From a virus: a stretch of DNA of 64,000 bases. The stretch lies in IMG/VR virus record IMGVR_UViG_3300035701_000003; one strand, written 5' to 3'. The position numbers and the translations under genes were made by a program. Of this stretch, positions 45,640 through 54,828 are shown in pieces; the stretch's first letter is position 1, and each line of letters begins with the position of its first letter. Under the pieces are notes generated by a model. It did not search any database, was not told the DNA's origin, and was given only the letters and a program-made list of their open reading frames with translations.

Positions 45640-46198
45640 AGGTAAAAGTAAAGGAAGTGAATTCGAAAGAATGGTAGCTAAACTTTTAGACGTGTGGTGG
45701 GAAGTTCCTAAAGGGACTTTCTGGCGGTCTAAGATAAGCGGTGGGGCTGATGAACCTGGCGATATCACTCCGCGGTTTTCTACTGAATTAAAAGAGTGGC
45801 CTTTTGTAATAGAATGCAAACATTACAAGGAAGTAAAACTTATTCAATTATTAAGTTCTAGTTCCTTAAAGGATGGAGGTCAGATACTTCAATGGTGGCA
45901 ACAACTTTCTAAAGATCATCAAAAAGCTTTAACGAAAAAACCGAATACTTTACTATATCGTTTGTTATTTATGAAAGGTACTAATACTCCTTTATTGGTA
46001 GGCTTTCGCCCAATGGATTTTAATACATCCCCAAAAATAGACCTTAAGTTTATCGATATTTTTAGTAGAATACCCGATATATTAATATTTTCTAGGTGTT
46101 CATATTCCACCTCTCTTGCAATCTGTACTTGGGAAAATTTTTCGAATACTATAACTAAATCTATAATTTTAAATATGAAAAGCAAAAATGAAAACTAA
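45629..46198 (+). CDS. Holliday junction resolvase (Hjc-like PD-(D/E)XK)
   Basis: KSKG.EFER.VAK, R...SGG, GDI and IECK. Confidence 0.85.
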   Translation: MKNRGKSKGSEFERMVAKLLDVWWEVPKGTFWRSKISGGADEPGDITPRFSTELKEWPFVIECKHYKEVKLIQLLSSSSLKDGGQILQWWQQLSKDHQKALTKKPNTLLYRLLFMKGTNTPLLVGFRPMDFNTSPKIDLKFIDIFSRIPDILIFSRCSYSTSLAICTWENFSNTITKSIILNMKSKNEN

Positions 46199-46826
46199 AT
46201 ATCCTCCTTGTTTTGTATTTGATATTGAAACTCTTCCTAACGACTTAGACCCCGTTCACGAGGCTTTATTAAAACATAAGTTACGTAATGTATCAGAAGA
46301 CAAATTAGCAATAGAGACATTAAAAGCCAGGTTTATATATCCCGTTTATTCTAGAGTTTGCAGTATTTCTACTTTATATGATCCCGGTTCTGGAGAAGGT
46401 AGCGAGTGGGTATTTTTCGATAGAACTAACGAGGAGAAACTTATAAGAGATTTTATAGATTATTTAAGTCAATGGAATGATAGATACGTACATTATAATG
46501 GATTAGACTTCGATGTACCTTATCTTCTTTTCAAATGTGCAAAATATGGTATAACTCCCCCTACTAATTTTTGTAATTTGATTAGATTCCGAACACATCC
46601 TCATTATGACTTGATGCAAGTTTTATCAGCCTGGGGAAAGTTTCCGATTAGTTTAGCGGAAGCCTTGGTAAGTTTTGGAATTACTAATTCTAAAGATACA
46701 TTAGGTGGTTTAGATACTTTAACATTTTTACAAACAGCTTCTGATGATGCTATTAGAAAGTATAATTTAGCTGATACTCAAAGTACTTACGAACTATTTA
46801 AGAAAGTTTATCTTATATATCAATAA
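46188..46826 (+). CDS. DEDD 3'-5' exonuclease (PolB-exo-like)
   Basis: FDIET, YNG..FD.PYL, H.DLM and YN..D...T. Confidence 0.88.
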   Translation: MKTKYPPCFVFDIETLPNDLDPVHEALLKHKLRNVSEDKLAIETLKARFIYPVYSRVCSISTLYDPGSGEGSEWVFFDRTNEEKLIRDFIDYLSQWNDRYVHYNGLDFDVPYLLFKCAKYGITPPTNFCNLIRFRTHPHYDLMQVLSAWGKFPISLAEALVSFGITNSKDTLGGLDTLTFLQTASDDAIRKYNLADTQSTYELFKKVYLIYQ

Positions 46827-46848
46827 CTTGTTTAACTGAAAGGTTTTT

Positions 46849-47394
46849 ATGTACCTACTAATTTTATTTTTTATATTAATTATTACGCTTATAATGTTGC
46901 GTGATAATATTATTCCTCCTATTGTTACTTATAAAATAGTAGAGGATGTAGCAGACCTTGCTAAAAAACCTACTAGACATCACTTAGCCGCCTGCTTCGA
47001 TTTATATTCCGTAGAAGAAATTACTATTCCTTCAGGGCAGTGGCGCGAAGTGAGAACCGGTATAATTTTTGCTCCTTGGCCTCATATTTATATACCTTTT
47101 TTAAATTGGTCATTTAATCCTTTGGGAAATATAGCTTACAAGATACATACTAGATCTGGATTGGCTTTGAAAAGAGGTATAAGAGCTCACTTAGGTATTA
47201 TAGACACTGACTATAGAAATGAATGTAATCCTATATTGTTTAACCACAATACTTCTTATCCTGTAAGAATAAGAAAGGGAGAGAAAATAGCTCAAGTAGA
47301 ATTCTATAGAGTGACGACTCCTATCTTTTGGAAAAAGGATAAGCTAAGTAATTCAGCGCGGGGTGATAAGGGGTTTGGAAGTTCAGGAAAATGA
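46849..47394 (+). CDS. dut: Trimeric dUTPase with a hydrophobic N-terminal extension
   Basis: AACFDL, TRSGLA, GIIDTDYR, GEKIAQ and RGDKGFGSSG. Confidence 0.93.
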   Translation: MYLLILFFILIITLIMLRDNIIPPIVTYKIVEDVADLAKKPTRHHLAACFDLYSVEEITIPSGQWREVRTGIIFAPWPHIYIPFLNWSFNPLGNIAYKIHTRSGLALKRGIRAHLGIIDTDYRNECNPILFNHNTSYPVRIRKGEKIAQVEFYRVTTPIFWKKDKLSNSARGDKGFGSSGK

Positions 47395-47639
47395 AATTTA
47401 CTAAAGCTTTTTTAGCAATTGGTGTTTTTATACTTATAGGTTTAGTAGAACAATATGAAAAACTTAATCAGTGGTGGAATTATTATATACTAATAACGAC
47501 AGAAGAAGGACCTAATTACGTTAAACGTAAATATATAATTCTATGGGCGTTATCTATAGTTTTTTTTATAGTATTATTAATTTCAATAGTAATTTTTAAT
47601 TGCTTAGCTTTAGTTACTATGTTTTTAAGAATTTCGTAA
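47391..47639 (+). CDS. Small membrane protein
   Basis: Two hydrophobic segments. Confidence 0.6.
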   Translation: MKFTKAFLAIGVFILIGLVEQYEKLNQWWNYYILITTEEGPNYVKRKYIILWALSIVFFIVLLISIVIFNCLALVTMFLRIS

Positions 47640-47680
47640 CAACCTAGTTTATATTATTAATTTTAAAATAGGAGAAATAA

Positions 47681-48724
47681 ATGAAAGATTTCTTATTTGC
47701 TAATAAAATAACTCCTTTACATACTAATAATCCCAGCGAGGCTTTAGGGTTTGCGGAAACTTTAAAGGTCACACCCCACACTATTCATGTAAAGGATTTA
47801 AAAGTAAATGAAAATGGTACTGTGCAATATAATGGGGAACCTCAAAAAATTACTAAATATGGATTTTTGAAGTTTTGTAAAGTATTAGGTATACCTACCT
47901 CCTTCGCCAGAGATATTCCCCCCGATTTACTTTTAGATAATATTGAAAGATTATCATCCCTCATGGAAAAAGATGAAATGATTTTACTACGAAGAGACAA
48001 TTATGATATAGCTGGTATTGGCAGAGGGGATTATAAAGAACCTTCTTATGTAGATGTTTTAAGTACTTTTTCCGAAAGAAGTAACTTAAAGTATGTTAAT
48101 ATTGGAGAAGAGTTACTTACAATATGTTTAGAAGAAGGACAAGTACTTCATAAGACAGACGAAGATATTCTTGATGTAAGTACTTATATTTATAGTTCTA
48201 TATTACAAGAATGCAAGATACATGCCTACTCAGGTTTATATAGGAATTCTTGTGAGAACTCTTTTGTAATGCCTTACTTTGGTTCCGTAAAAGCTAACTA
48301 TAGACACAAGGATACTATGCTTAGTAAGTTTTCCGATATAATAACTTGTTTTGACGAACAAATTTATAAACGACTTAATACTACTTTTGATACCTTTAAC
48401 ATAAGAAGATTATTTGATACTGAACTAGCTGCTATTTGGAAAGGTATTCATAAGGTGGTTAATTCTTCTGAGGCTGATAGTCTTTTATTATTTAATGAAG
48501 AAAGTAGAAAGGCTTTACTTAGTACTGTATTTGTAAGAGGTATGGAGAACAGAAGAGCTAGGTTAGAAGGAAGACCCATTGATGAAAAGGTGTTAACCGA
48601 GGTTTCCGCTTATGATATTCTAAACAATGTTACTTCTTATTCTCGAAAGAATCTCTTTGGAGCTGATAAATTAAAAATAGAAAAATTAGCAGGTTCATGG
48701 ATAGAGAAGATAATACTGAATTAA
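47681..48724 (+). CDS. DUF932-like distant paralogue
   Basis: GLYRNSCENS and Y.ILN.VT.YS resemble the DUF932 protein at 37451. Confidence 0.5.
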   Translation: MKDFLFANKITPLHTNNPSEALGFAETLKVTPHTIHVKDLKVNENGTVQYNGEPQKITKYGFLKFCKVLGIPTSFARDIPPDLLLDNIERLSSLMEKDEMILLRRDNYDIAGIGRGDYKEPSYVDVLSTFSERSNLKYVNIGEELLTICLEEGQVLHKTDEDILDVSTYIYSSILQECKIHAYSGLYRNSCENSFVMPYFGSVKANYRHKDTMLSKFSDIITCFDEQIYKRLNTTFDTFNIRRLFDTELAAIWKGIHKVVNSSEADSLLLFNEESRKALLSTVFVRGMENRRARLEGRPIDEKVLTEVSAYDILNNVTSYSRKNLFGADKLKIEKLAGSWIEKIILN

Positions 48725-48737
48725 TGGAAGTGATATT

Positions 48738-49037
48738 ATGATTAATGAAGAACAATTGCAAGATAACATAGAGAGTCTAAAAGATGCTACATTAGTAATA
48801 GCTTTTAATACAAAAAATCAAAAGACAGATTGGTGGCTAACTTATGATGATCCCAAGAAGGTTCAAGATATAATAGTTAAATCAGGAGAAATACCTTCTA
48901 GTAAATATGAAGGAGTACTGTCTTTACCAGGCACATTATTAGTAGGCATAATGAATACTTGTTTTAAAGATAATTTAAAAGATATTAAGATTGAAACACC
49001 AATTTTAGAAAAGTTTTTAGGTATTGGAAGAAACTAA
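48738..49037 (+). CDS. Hypothetical protein
   Basis: 99-aa ORF. Confidence 0.65.
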   Translation: MINEEQLQDNIESLKDATLVIAFNTKNQKTDWWLTYDDPKKVQDIIVKSGEIPSSKYEGVLSLPGTLLVGIMNTCFKDNLKDIKIETPILEKFLGIGRN

Positions 49038-49048
49038 GCGATAAGAGC

Positions 49049-49438
49049 ATGGATAGAGAAAATAATACTGAACTAAAAGAAAAATTGAATAGTACTATTA
49101 AGAATATTCTTGATGATATTACTTGGTGGGAACGAATAACCTTTCGTATAAGGTTTGGATTTGTTGAATTACTTTGGCGTTACTTACCTATGTGGAAGAT
49201 ATATAGTAAATGGTATATGTTTTTAATACGTTTATATGGATTTAAACCCTTGAGATGTGTGGATTACATGGGTGAGTATACTTTTATATTTAAGACACAA
49301 GAGGAAGCTGATCGTACATTTTATAGATTAGAAAATAGAGGAGAAAATAAAAGAATTTTGGTAACGGGTTGGTGGTACGGAGAAAAGGAATTTGAAGAAG
49401 CAAAAAAGGAATGTGATATAAAAATAGGATGGCTATGA
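49049..49438 (+). CDS. Hypothetical protein
   Basis: 129-aa ORF. Confidence 0.65.
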   Translation: MDRENNTELKEKLNSTIKNILDDITWWERITFRIRFGFVELLWRYLPMWKIYSKWYMFLIRLYGFKPLRCVDYMGEYTFIFKTQEEADRTFYRLENRGENKRILVTGWWYGEKEFEEAKKECDIKIGWL

Positions 49439-49650
49439 TGTTTGAAATAATATTACCGGATGCTATTGAAATTAAGTTTGCTGACTGGGTAAAACCAAAC
49501 ATGCTTAAACAAAGAAAAGAAAGTGAATATTTTTATGCTAAGATTATGAGAGTAGGAGCAGATTGTTCTAGTGGTATTATGATAGGTAATGGTAATAACT
49601 TCTTAGATTTATATTATTTCGCTGATGTTAAAATACTAAAGAAATCCTAA
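49429..49650 (+). CDS. Hypothetical protein
   Basis: 73-aa coupled ORF. Confidence 0.6.
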   Translation: MAMMFEIILPDAIEIKFADWVKPNMLKQRKESEYFYAKIMRVGADCSSGIMIGNGNNFLDLYYFADVKILKKS

Positions 49651-50903
49651 TGCTTCAGAAACTAATTTTAAAAAACTTTCAAGCTCATAAACATTCTGAA
49701 ATTGAATTCTCTCCCGACGTTACATGTATTACCGGGCTTAACAATCACGGTAAAAGTTCTATTTTTAGAGCCCTTCAAAAATGTATAAGAGACATTCCTG
49801 AAGGTAATTCTTTTATAATGAATACTCCCTTTCAAGAAGATACTTGTACCATTACTGTAGTGTCTGATAAAGGGGAAGTTATACGACAGGTGAAAAGGAA
49901 TATTGCTTCCGATGCTAACTTTTATAAAGTAAGTAGAATTGATGGTACCGAAGAAGAATACGTTAAGTTTGGAAAAACAGGAATTCCAGAAGAAGTTACT
50001 AATAACTTTCCTACTTCACCTCCTCAAATGTTTGGCGACGTGGAAATCGATATGAATTTTCATAATCAATTGGATTCTTTATTTCTGATTCAAGGCGCTG
50101 GTCTTTCCTCTTTACGAGGTAAGGTATTAGGTAAGACTACTGGGGTGGATAAAGTACAAAGGGCCATTCAAATAAGTTCCTCCGAAGAGAAGAAAGAGAA
50201 GCAAATCTTAAAAATTCTAAAGCAACAGTCAGAAGATGTAGCGGTTAAATTACTTGAGTATAAAGATATTGATACCTTCTTAAAACTATTAGTTAGTTGC
50301 GAAAATCTTTTTCAGGAAACAGAGGAGAAAAGAATTTTAATTACTAATATAATAGGTTGTTACGAAATTCTTAAAAACATAGTAACTAAAGCTAAGCAAT
50401 TAAAAATTACTATTAAAGTAATAGATATTGATTCTTTAAAGGAATTTTTTCAAAAGATAACTCAGACTTATAATGTATATAATCTTGCCAACAGATTATT
50501 AACTACTAAAGAACAGATTACTTATTCTCATCAAGTATTAGAAATAACCAAAGTAGTTCCTACGGAAGACTATCAAGTCCTACAGAAGAAATTATCTCTC
50601 TTAAAGAAACTAAAAGATTTATATAGTATTCAAATTAGATATAATGATACTAAACTGAAAGTGGCTTATATTAATTCTCTTTTACCCTCTTTGGAAAGTA
50701 ATAATTATCATATTATTCAGAGTCTATCTAAGTATAATAGTTTATTTACTATACAGGATACTTTATTTTTACTAAAGAAGAGAATAATTGATAAACAGCA
50801 GATTATATCGAATAAAATAAACGAACTTAGTAGTACCGAACTAGAATTAACTAATTTTAAAAAAGAAATTAAAGTATGCCCGACATGTGGAAAGGCTTGG
50901 TAA
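49650..50903 (+). CDS. sbcC: SbcC/Rad50 N-terminal half (Walker A, Q-loop, coiled coil, ending at the Zn hook)
   Basis: L.LKNFQAH, ITG.N.HGKSS, Q-loop, long coiled coil, terminal CPTCGKAW-stop. Confidence 0.9.
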   Translation: MLQKLILKNFQAHKHSEIEFSPDVTCITGLNNHGKSSIFRALQKCIRDIPEGNSFIMNTPFQEDTCTITVVSDKGEVIRQVKRNIASDANFYKVSRIDGTEEEYVKFGKTGIPEEVTNNFPTSPPQMFGDVEIDMNFHNQLDSLFLIQGAGLSSLRGKVLGKTTGVDKVQRAIQISSSEEKKEKQILKILKQQSEDVAVKLLEYKDIDTFLKLLVSCENLFQETEEKRILITNIIGCYEILKNIVTKAKQLKITIKVIDIDSLKEFFQKITQTYNVYNLANRLLTTKEQITYSHQVLEITKVVPTEDYQVLQKKLSLLKKLKDLYSIQIRYNDTKLKVAYINSLLPSLESNNYHIIQSLSKYNSLFTIQDTLFLLKKRIIDKQQIISNKINELSSTELELTNFKKEIKVCPTCGKAW

Positions 50904-50904
50904 T

Positions 50905-51297
50905 ATGAGAAATATACTTGTTTTATTTTGTTTATTATTAACAATAAAAGTTTTAGGTCAAGAAGACGGGGACTTAAGATTTAACGAAAATAAAAATTAT
51001 ATAGAGATTTATGTGGATTGCTATGAAGAGGAGAGTATTCCCATATGTTCTATTGCGAATGGCGATTCTGTTTGGTGGTTTAAGACGGCTAGAAAACACA
51101 CACAGGGATGGTTTAATGTAGATACTCTTTATACAAAATATGGCGATTATTTTCACCCCTGTACTTGGGGACCTTACTACGACATACGTACAATAGTATA
51201 TATGAGAAAATTGCTTGATGTCCTCCTAGACGAGAAGATATATAGAGATTATTACTACTTTTATATTAATGGAAGACCGCATAATGATTATAGGTAA
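50905..51297 (+). CDS. Hypothetical protein with a Sec-type signal peptide
   Basis: MRNILVLFCLLLTIKVLG|QED. Confidence 0.6.
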   Translation: MRNILVLFCLLLTIKVLGQEDGDLRFNENKNYIEIYVDCYEEESIPICSIANGDSVWWFKTARKHTQGWFNVDTLYTKYGDYFHPCTWGPYYDIRTIVYMRKLLDVLLDEKIYRDYYYFYINGRPHNDYR

Positions 51298-52234
51298 TTT
51301 TACAGATTTGCACGCGAGAGCCGATACTCCTCAAGGAAGAACCGATAACTTCCGCAAGAGTATTCTTACTAAACTTGAGGAGATAGGACAGATCTGGAAA
51401 GATAACAAAGTAGAGATTGTTACTTTTACAGGAGATTTATTTGATAGTCCCGACCCTGCTTCTAGTGTGCGTAATGATGTAATATCAATTCTGAAGTCCT
51501 GGCGGCTACGTATTGTAGGGGTCGTAGGCTCTCATGATTATTTTGGTTACCAGATGAAAACTTTGAAGCGTACAGCTTTAGGGTCATTATACTATGCGGG
51601 TATTATTGACTTAGTAGGAGGAGCAGACCAGAAAGAGTACGTAGAATTTAGGCTTAAAGATTTTACTGCTGTTATTACAGGTACCCCTCATACTTACTGG
51701 GCAACTGATAATCTATTATATATAGAGAAGCCACGTTATGTGGAAGGAGCATTTCAGATACAATTAGTTCATTTTGATCTTATGAATAAGACAGTTCCTT
51801 GGCCGCATCTTACAATAGGGCAGATAAGAACAAGTTCCGATGTAGCATTCTGTGGGCATTATCATCCTGGTTGGGAAGTTCCGGTTATGGGCAAAGACCA
51901 CTGCTTGTTTATAAATCAGGGTTCTATAGGGCGTTTGGATAATACCGGCAAACAGCGAACTCCTAGAGTGTGTATATTACAGTTAACAGATTCATTTAAT
52001 CCGCCGGATATTACTTATGTATCATTGCAATCAGCTTTACAACATCCGTTTAAGGAATATATAAAAGAATCTAAAGAAATTAAGTCACAGGATATAAGTA
52101 AATTACTACAAATGATGGAGAACACAGATATAAACATTATAGACATTAAAACTGTACTTCCGAAAGTAGCGAAAGAATTTAATTTCGGGGAAGATGTTTT
52201 ATCTAAAGCGTTTGAATTATTAGAAAAAGTATAA
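51269..52234 (+). CDS. sbcD: SbcD/Mre11 nuclease
   Basis: TDLH, GDLFD, GSHD, LVH, GHYH and NQGSIGR. Confidence 0.92.
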   Translation: MEDRIMIIGNFTDLHARADTPQGRTDNFRKSILTKLEEIGQIWKDNKVEIVTFTGDLFDSPDPASSVRNDVISILKSWRLRIVGVVGSHDYFGYQMKTLKRTALGSLYYAGIIDLVGGADQKEYVEFRLKDFTAVITGTPHTYWATDNLLYIEKPRYVEGAFQIQLVHFDLMNKTVPWPHLTIGQIRTSSDVAFCGHYHPGWEVPVMGKDHCLFINQGSIGRLDNTGKQRTPRVCILQLTDSFNPPDITYVSLQSALQHPFKEYIKESKEIKSQDISKLLQMMENTDINIIDIKTVLPKVAKEFNFGEDVLSKAFELLEKV

Positions 52235-52262
52235 TAAATAGAATAAATTACGGAGTAAAATT

Positions 52263-52499
52263 ATGATTAAGATAGTTGTAACTTTTATTGATGGTCCACC
52301 AACTACCTACGAAGCTAGTTATACTAAAGTAAGAGGTTCTTTTTTCTGTATTCATTTTCCTACAAGAAAAGAAGGTAGTAAGGAAAAATTTGATAGTAAG
52401 TTTATTCCTCTACAGCAAATAAAAGAAATTAACCAAACTTCTGATAAAGCACCTGGCCGGGATTTTGATAATCGTTATCCTGGTGGAGGGGATGACTAG
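52263..52499 (+). CDS. Hypothetical protein
   Basis: 78-aa ORF with an RBS. Confidence 0.6.
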   Translation: MIKIVVTFIDGPPTTYEASYTKVRGSFFCIHFPTRKEGSKEKFDSKFIPLQQIKEINQTSDKAPGRDFDNRYPGGGDD

Positions 52500-52501
52500 A
52501 C

Positions 52502-53074
52502 ATGTATACCATAACCAAACAATTCGATTTTTGTTACGGGCATAGAGTATGGTCTCAAACCCTGAATACCGAATTTAGTTTGGACTCTTGTCTTGCTTGC
52601 AGGCACCTTCATGGGCATCAGGCGAGAGTAATTGTATATTTACAGGCGGATACTCTCGTATCAGGAATGGTGACTGATTTCAAGCATCTTAATTGGTTTA
52701 AGAAATGGCTCGATGATGTATTGGATCATAAGTTTATTATGGATATAAATGATCCTTTATTAGTTTATGAAATACCTCATCTTTTTGACGGTCATAGAAA
52801 TTTAAAGCGGGATTATTTAGTAAAACACGCAATAGATGGGGGTTATTATACTCTTTATTTAGAAAAACTAGATGTTCTTAAATATGATTCTGCGTTGACA
52901 GAAAAATATGAAGGAATGGTTATAGTAAATTTTGTTCCTACTTCTGAAAATTTAAGTAGTTGGCTTTTTGATATAGTAAATGAAAGAATGAAAAGATTGT
53001 TTGTAAAAGTATCAAAAGTGGAATTTTTTGAAACCCCAAAATCAAGAAGTATATATACAGACGGTGGAGTCTAA
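52502..53074 (+). CDS. queD: 6-carboxy-5,6,7,8-tetrahydropterin synthase (long QueD2-like form)
   Basis: F.F.YGHR, C.HLHGH, VTDF..L...K..LD..LDH, PTSENL and ETP.S. Confidence 0.93.
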   Translation: MYTITKQFDFCYGHRVWSQTLNTEFSLDSCLACRHLHGHQARVIVYLQADTLVSGMVTDFKHLNWFKKWLDDVLDHKFIMDINDPLLVYEIPHLFDGHRNLKRDYLVKHAIDGGYYTLYLEKLDVLKYDSALTEKYEGMVIVNFVPTSENLSSWLFDIVNERMKRLFVKVSKVEFFETPKSRSIYTDGGV

Positions 53075-53143
53075 ATGGGGCTATTTGGTCTCCTTAATTA
53101 TACAAGTTAAATAAGGAAGTTTAATAAAAAAAAGGACTTATAA

Positions 53144-53404
53144 ATGTCTAACGAAGAAAAATTAATACAGTATACCAATAGAATAGAAGCTATAAAGAAG
53201 ATTAAAATATCTTCGGAGGCCGAGTTAAAAATGCTAGAAACTCAGTACCAAGAAAAGGAACAAGAATTAAAGGATCTTGGTGTAACTGATTTGGATAATC
53301 TTCCTTCTTTTTTACAAAATTTAGGACAAGAAATAACTACTGCAGAACAAAAGATAGAAAATGTGTTATCTGATATAGAAACTAAATTAACTATTAAAAA
53401 ATGA
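53144..53404 (+). CDS. Short coiled-coil protein, probable middle fragment of split SbcC
   Basis: Entirely heptad-like; ATGA-coupled to the SbcC C-terminal gene. Confidence 0.6.
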   Translation: MSNEEKLIQYTNRIEAIKKIKISSEAELKMLETQYQEKEQELKDLGVTDLDNLPSFLQNLGQEITTAEQKIENVLSDIETKLTIKK

Positions 53405-54108
53405 TTGATTCCGATTTACTACAAACTTTTAAGAGACTAAAGAATACGGTTTTAGCCCTAGAAGGGGAAAGGAATCTACTGCAGAAACAAGAAAAAGAAA
53501 TTATTGATAAAATCGTTTTCTCTGAACATGAAATACTCTTATATGAAAACGTAAGAAACTTATTAGAGTTATTCGTAAAAAGTACTGAGAAGGGTATTAA
53601 GAATTATGTAGAACCCTTAATAACAGAGGCTCTTGAATATGTATTCTCGCAATATCTTAAATTTCATCTTATACTTACTACTAGAAGGAATCAAATTGAA
53701 ATAGATTTTGTATTGATAAGAAGTTCAGATATAGAGCAGTTATACCAAGAGTGTATAAAAGACCCCAGTAAGGAAGACGATTTAATGGAGTTAGTAAAGG
53801 ATGCTAAGAATATTAACTACAACCAAGGAGGCGCTATCAATCAGGTAATATCTACTGTGTTGAGATTAGTTATATTAGAAATGTTGAAAATAAAGGGGCC
53901 TGTATTTTTTGATGAGCCTACTTCTATGGTATCCGAAGAGTATAGTACTAGATTAGGTCATTTACTATTATCTCTTAGCAGGCGTTTTAATAGACAACAT
54001 ATTTTAATTACTCATAGTAATTCCCTTGCAGCTTATGCTTCTAAAATTTATCAAGTAACTCAGGAAAATTCTATATCCAGAGTAACTTTAATAAATGATG
54101 GGGTATAG
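53401..54108 (+). CDS. sbcC: SbcC/Rad50 C-terminal half (signature, Walker B, H-loop)
   Basis: Coiled coil, then QGGA.NQV (signature), FFDEP and ILITHS. Confidence 0.88.
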   Translation: MIDSDLLQTFKRLKNTVLALEGERNLLQKQEKEIIDKIVFSEHEILLYENVRNLLELFVKSTEKGIKNYVEPLITEALEYVFSQYLKFHLILTTRRNQIEIDFVLIRSSDIEQLYQECIKDPSKEDDLMELVKDAKNINYNQGGAINQVISTVLRLVILEMLKIKGPVFFDEPTSMVSEEYSTRLGHLLLSLSRRFNRQHILITHSNSLAAYASKIYQVTQENSISRVTLINDGV

Positions 54109-54110
54109 TA

Positions 54111-54620
54111 ATGACAACAGTACTTCTTAAAAAAATTCCCAATTCTAGTATGATAGAAGCACCTGATTTTTGTCCTTATAAAGAATTGGATTTCCGTCCC
54201 GCTTTTGATACTATCCAAACAGTATCTCCTTCTATGTGTCCTCTTTGTAAGTTATGCCAGTTTGCCCCCAATTTAGAAGCATCGGATTCTTTCCTAATGA
54301 CTTCTTTATCTAAAGAAGAAATGAAATTATGTAATGAGTATCTTCTAAGATTTAATAGTAAGCTAGCTAAAGCTATTTCAGATCAAGTTTCCTTTCTTTT
54401 AAGTAAAGGGAGAGCGACTTTGGCTATTTTAGTTACAGCTACCATTTTAGAAAATACTTTACAATATGCTATAAAAGATTCTAAGAAATGTAAATTATTA
54501 TTCTATCATTATACTAACCACGAAGAACCTTTGTGTTATATATCTGGAAGTCCTGTGTATTTTTCTAGAAAGTTAACTAAAAGTAGTATTCAAGTGGTTG
54601 GAGAGGCGGAATGGAAATGA
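54111..54620 (+). CDS. Hypothetical Cys-rich protein
   Basis: CP...CPLCKLC motif. Confidence 0.65.
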   Translation: MTTVLLKKIPNSSMIEAPDFCPYKELDFRPAFDTIQTVSPSMCPLCKLCQFAPNLEASDSFLMTSLSKEEMKLCNEYLLRFNSKLAKAISDQVSFLLSKGRATLAILVTATILENTLQYAIKDSKKCKLLFYHYTNHEEPLCYISGSPVYFSRKLTKSSIQVVGEAEWK

Positions 54621-54826
54621 ACAATTATTTACGAGTAGAAGAACCTGAGGTTTATATAAAAGTAGGTATCAAAGGAGTGTCTGTAGTGAAAGTGGATTGG
54701 GGCGAACTTATAGATCGTACACTTTTATTTGATACTATAACTAATGATAAGATCACTGAGGAAGTTGTAGGATATTTAAATCAAGCAATAAAAATGATGA
54801 AAAGAAAACCAATAAAAGGAGAATAA
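54611..54826 (+). CDS. Hypothetical protein
   Basis: 71-aa coupled ORF. Confidence 0.6.
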   Translation: MEMNNYLRVEEPEVYIKVGIKGVSVVKVDWGELIDRTLLFDTITNDKITEEVVGYLNQAIKMMKRKPIKGE

Positions 54827-54828
54827 AT

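Noticed and set aside
18298-47394. Uracil-substituted (PBS1-like) genome
   Set aside because: An intact-looking UDG domain and a dUTPase both act to exclude uracil.
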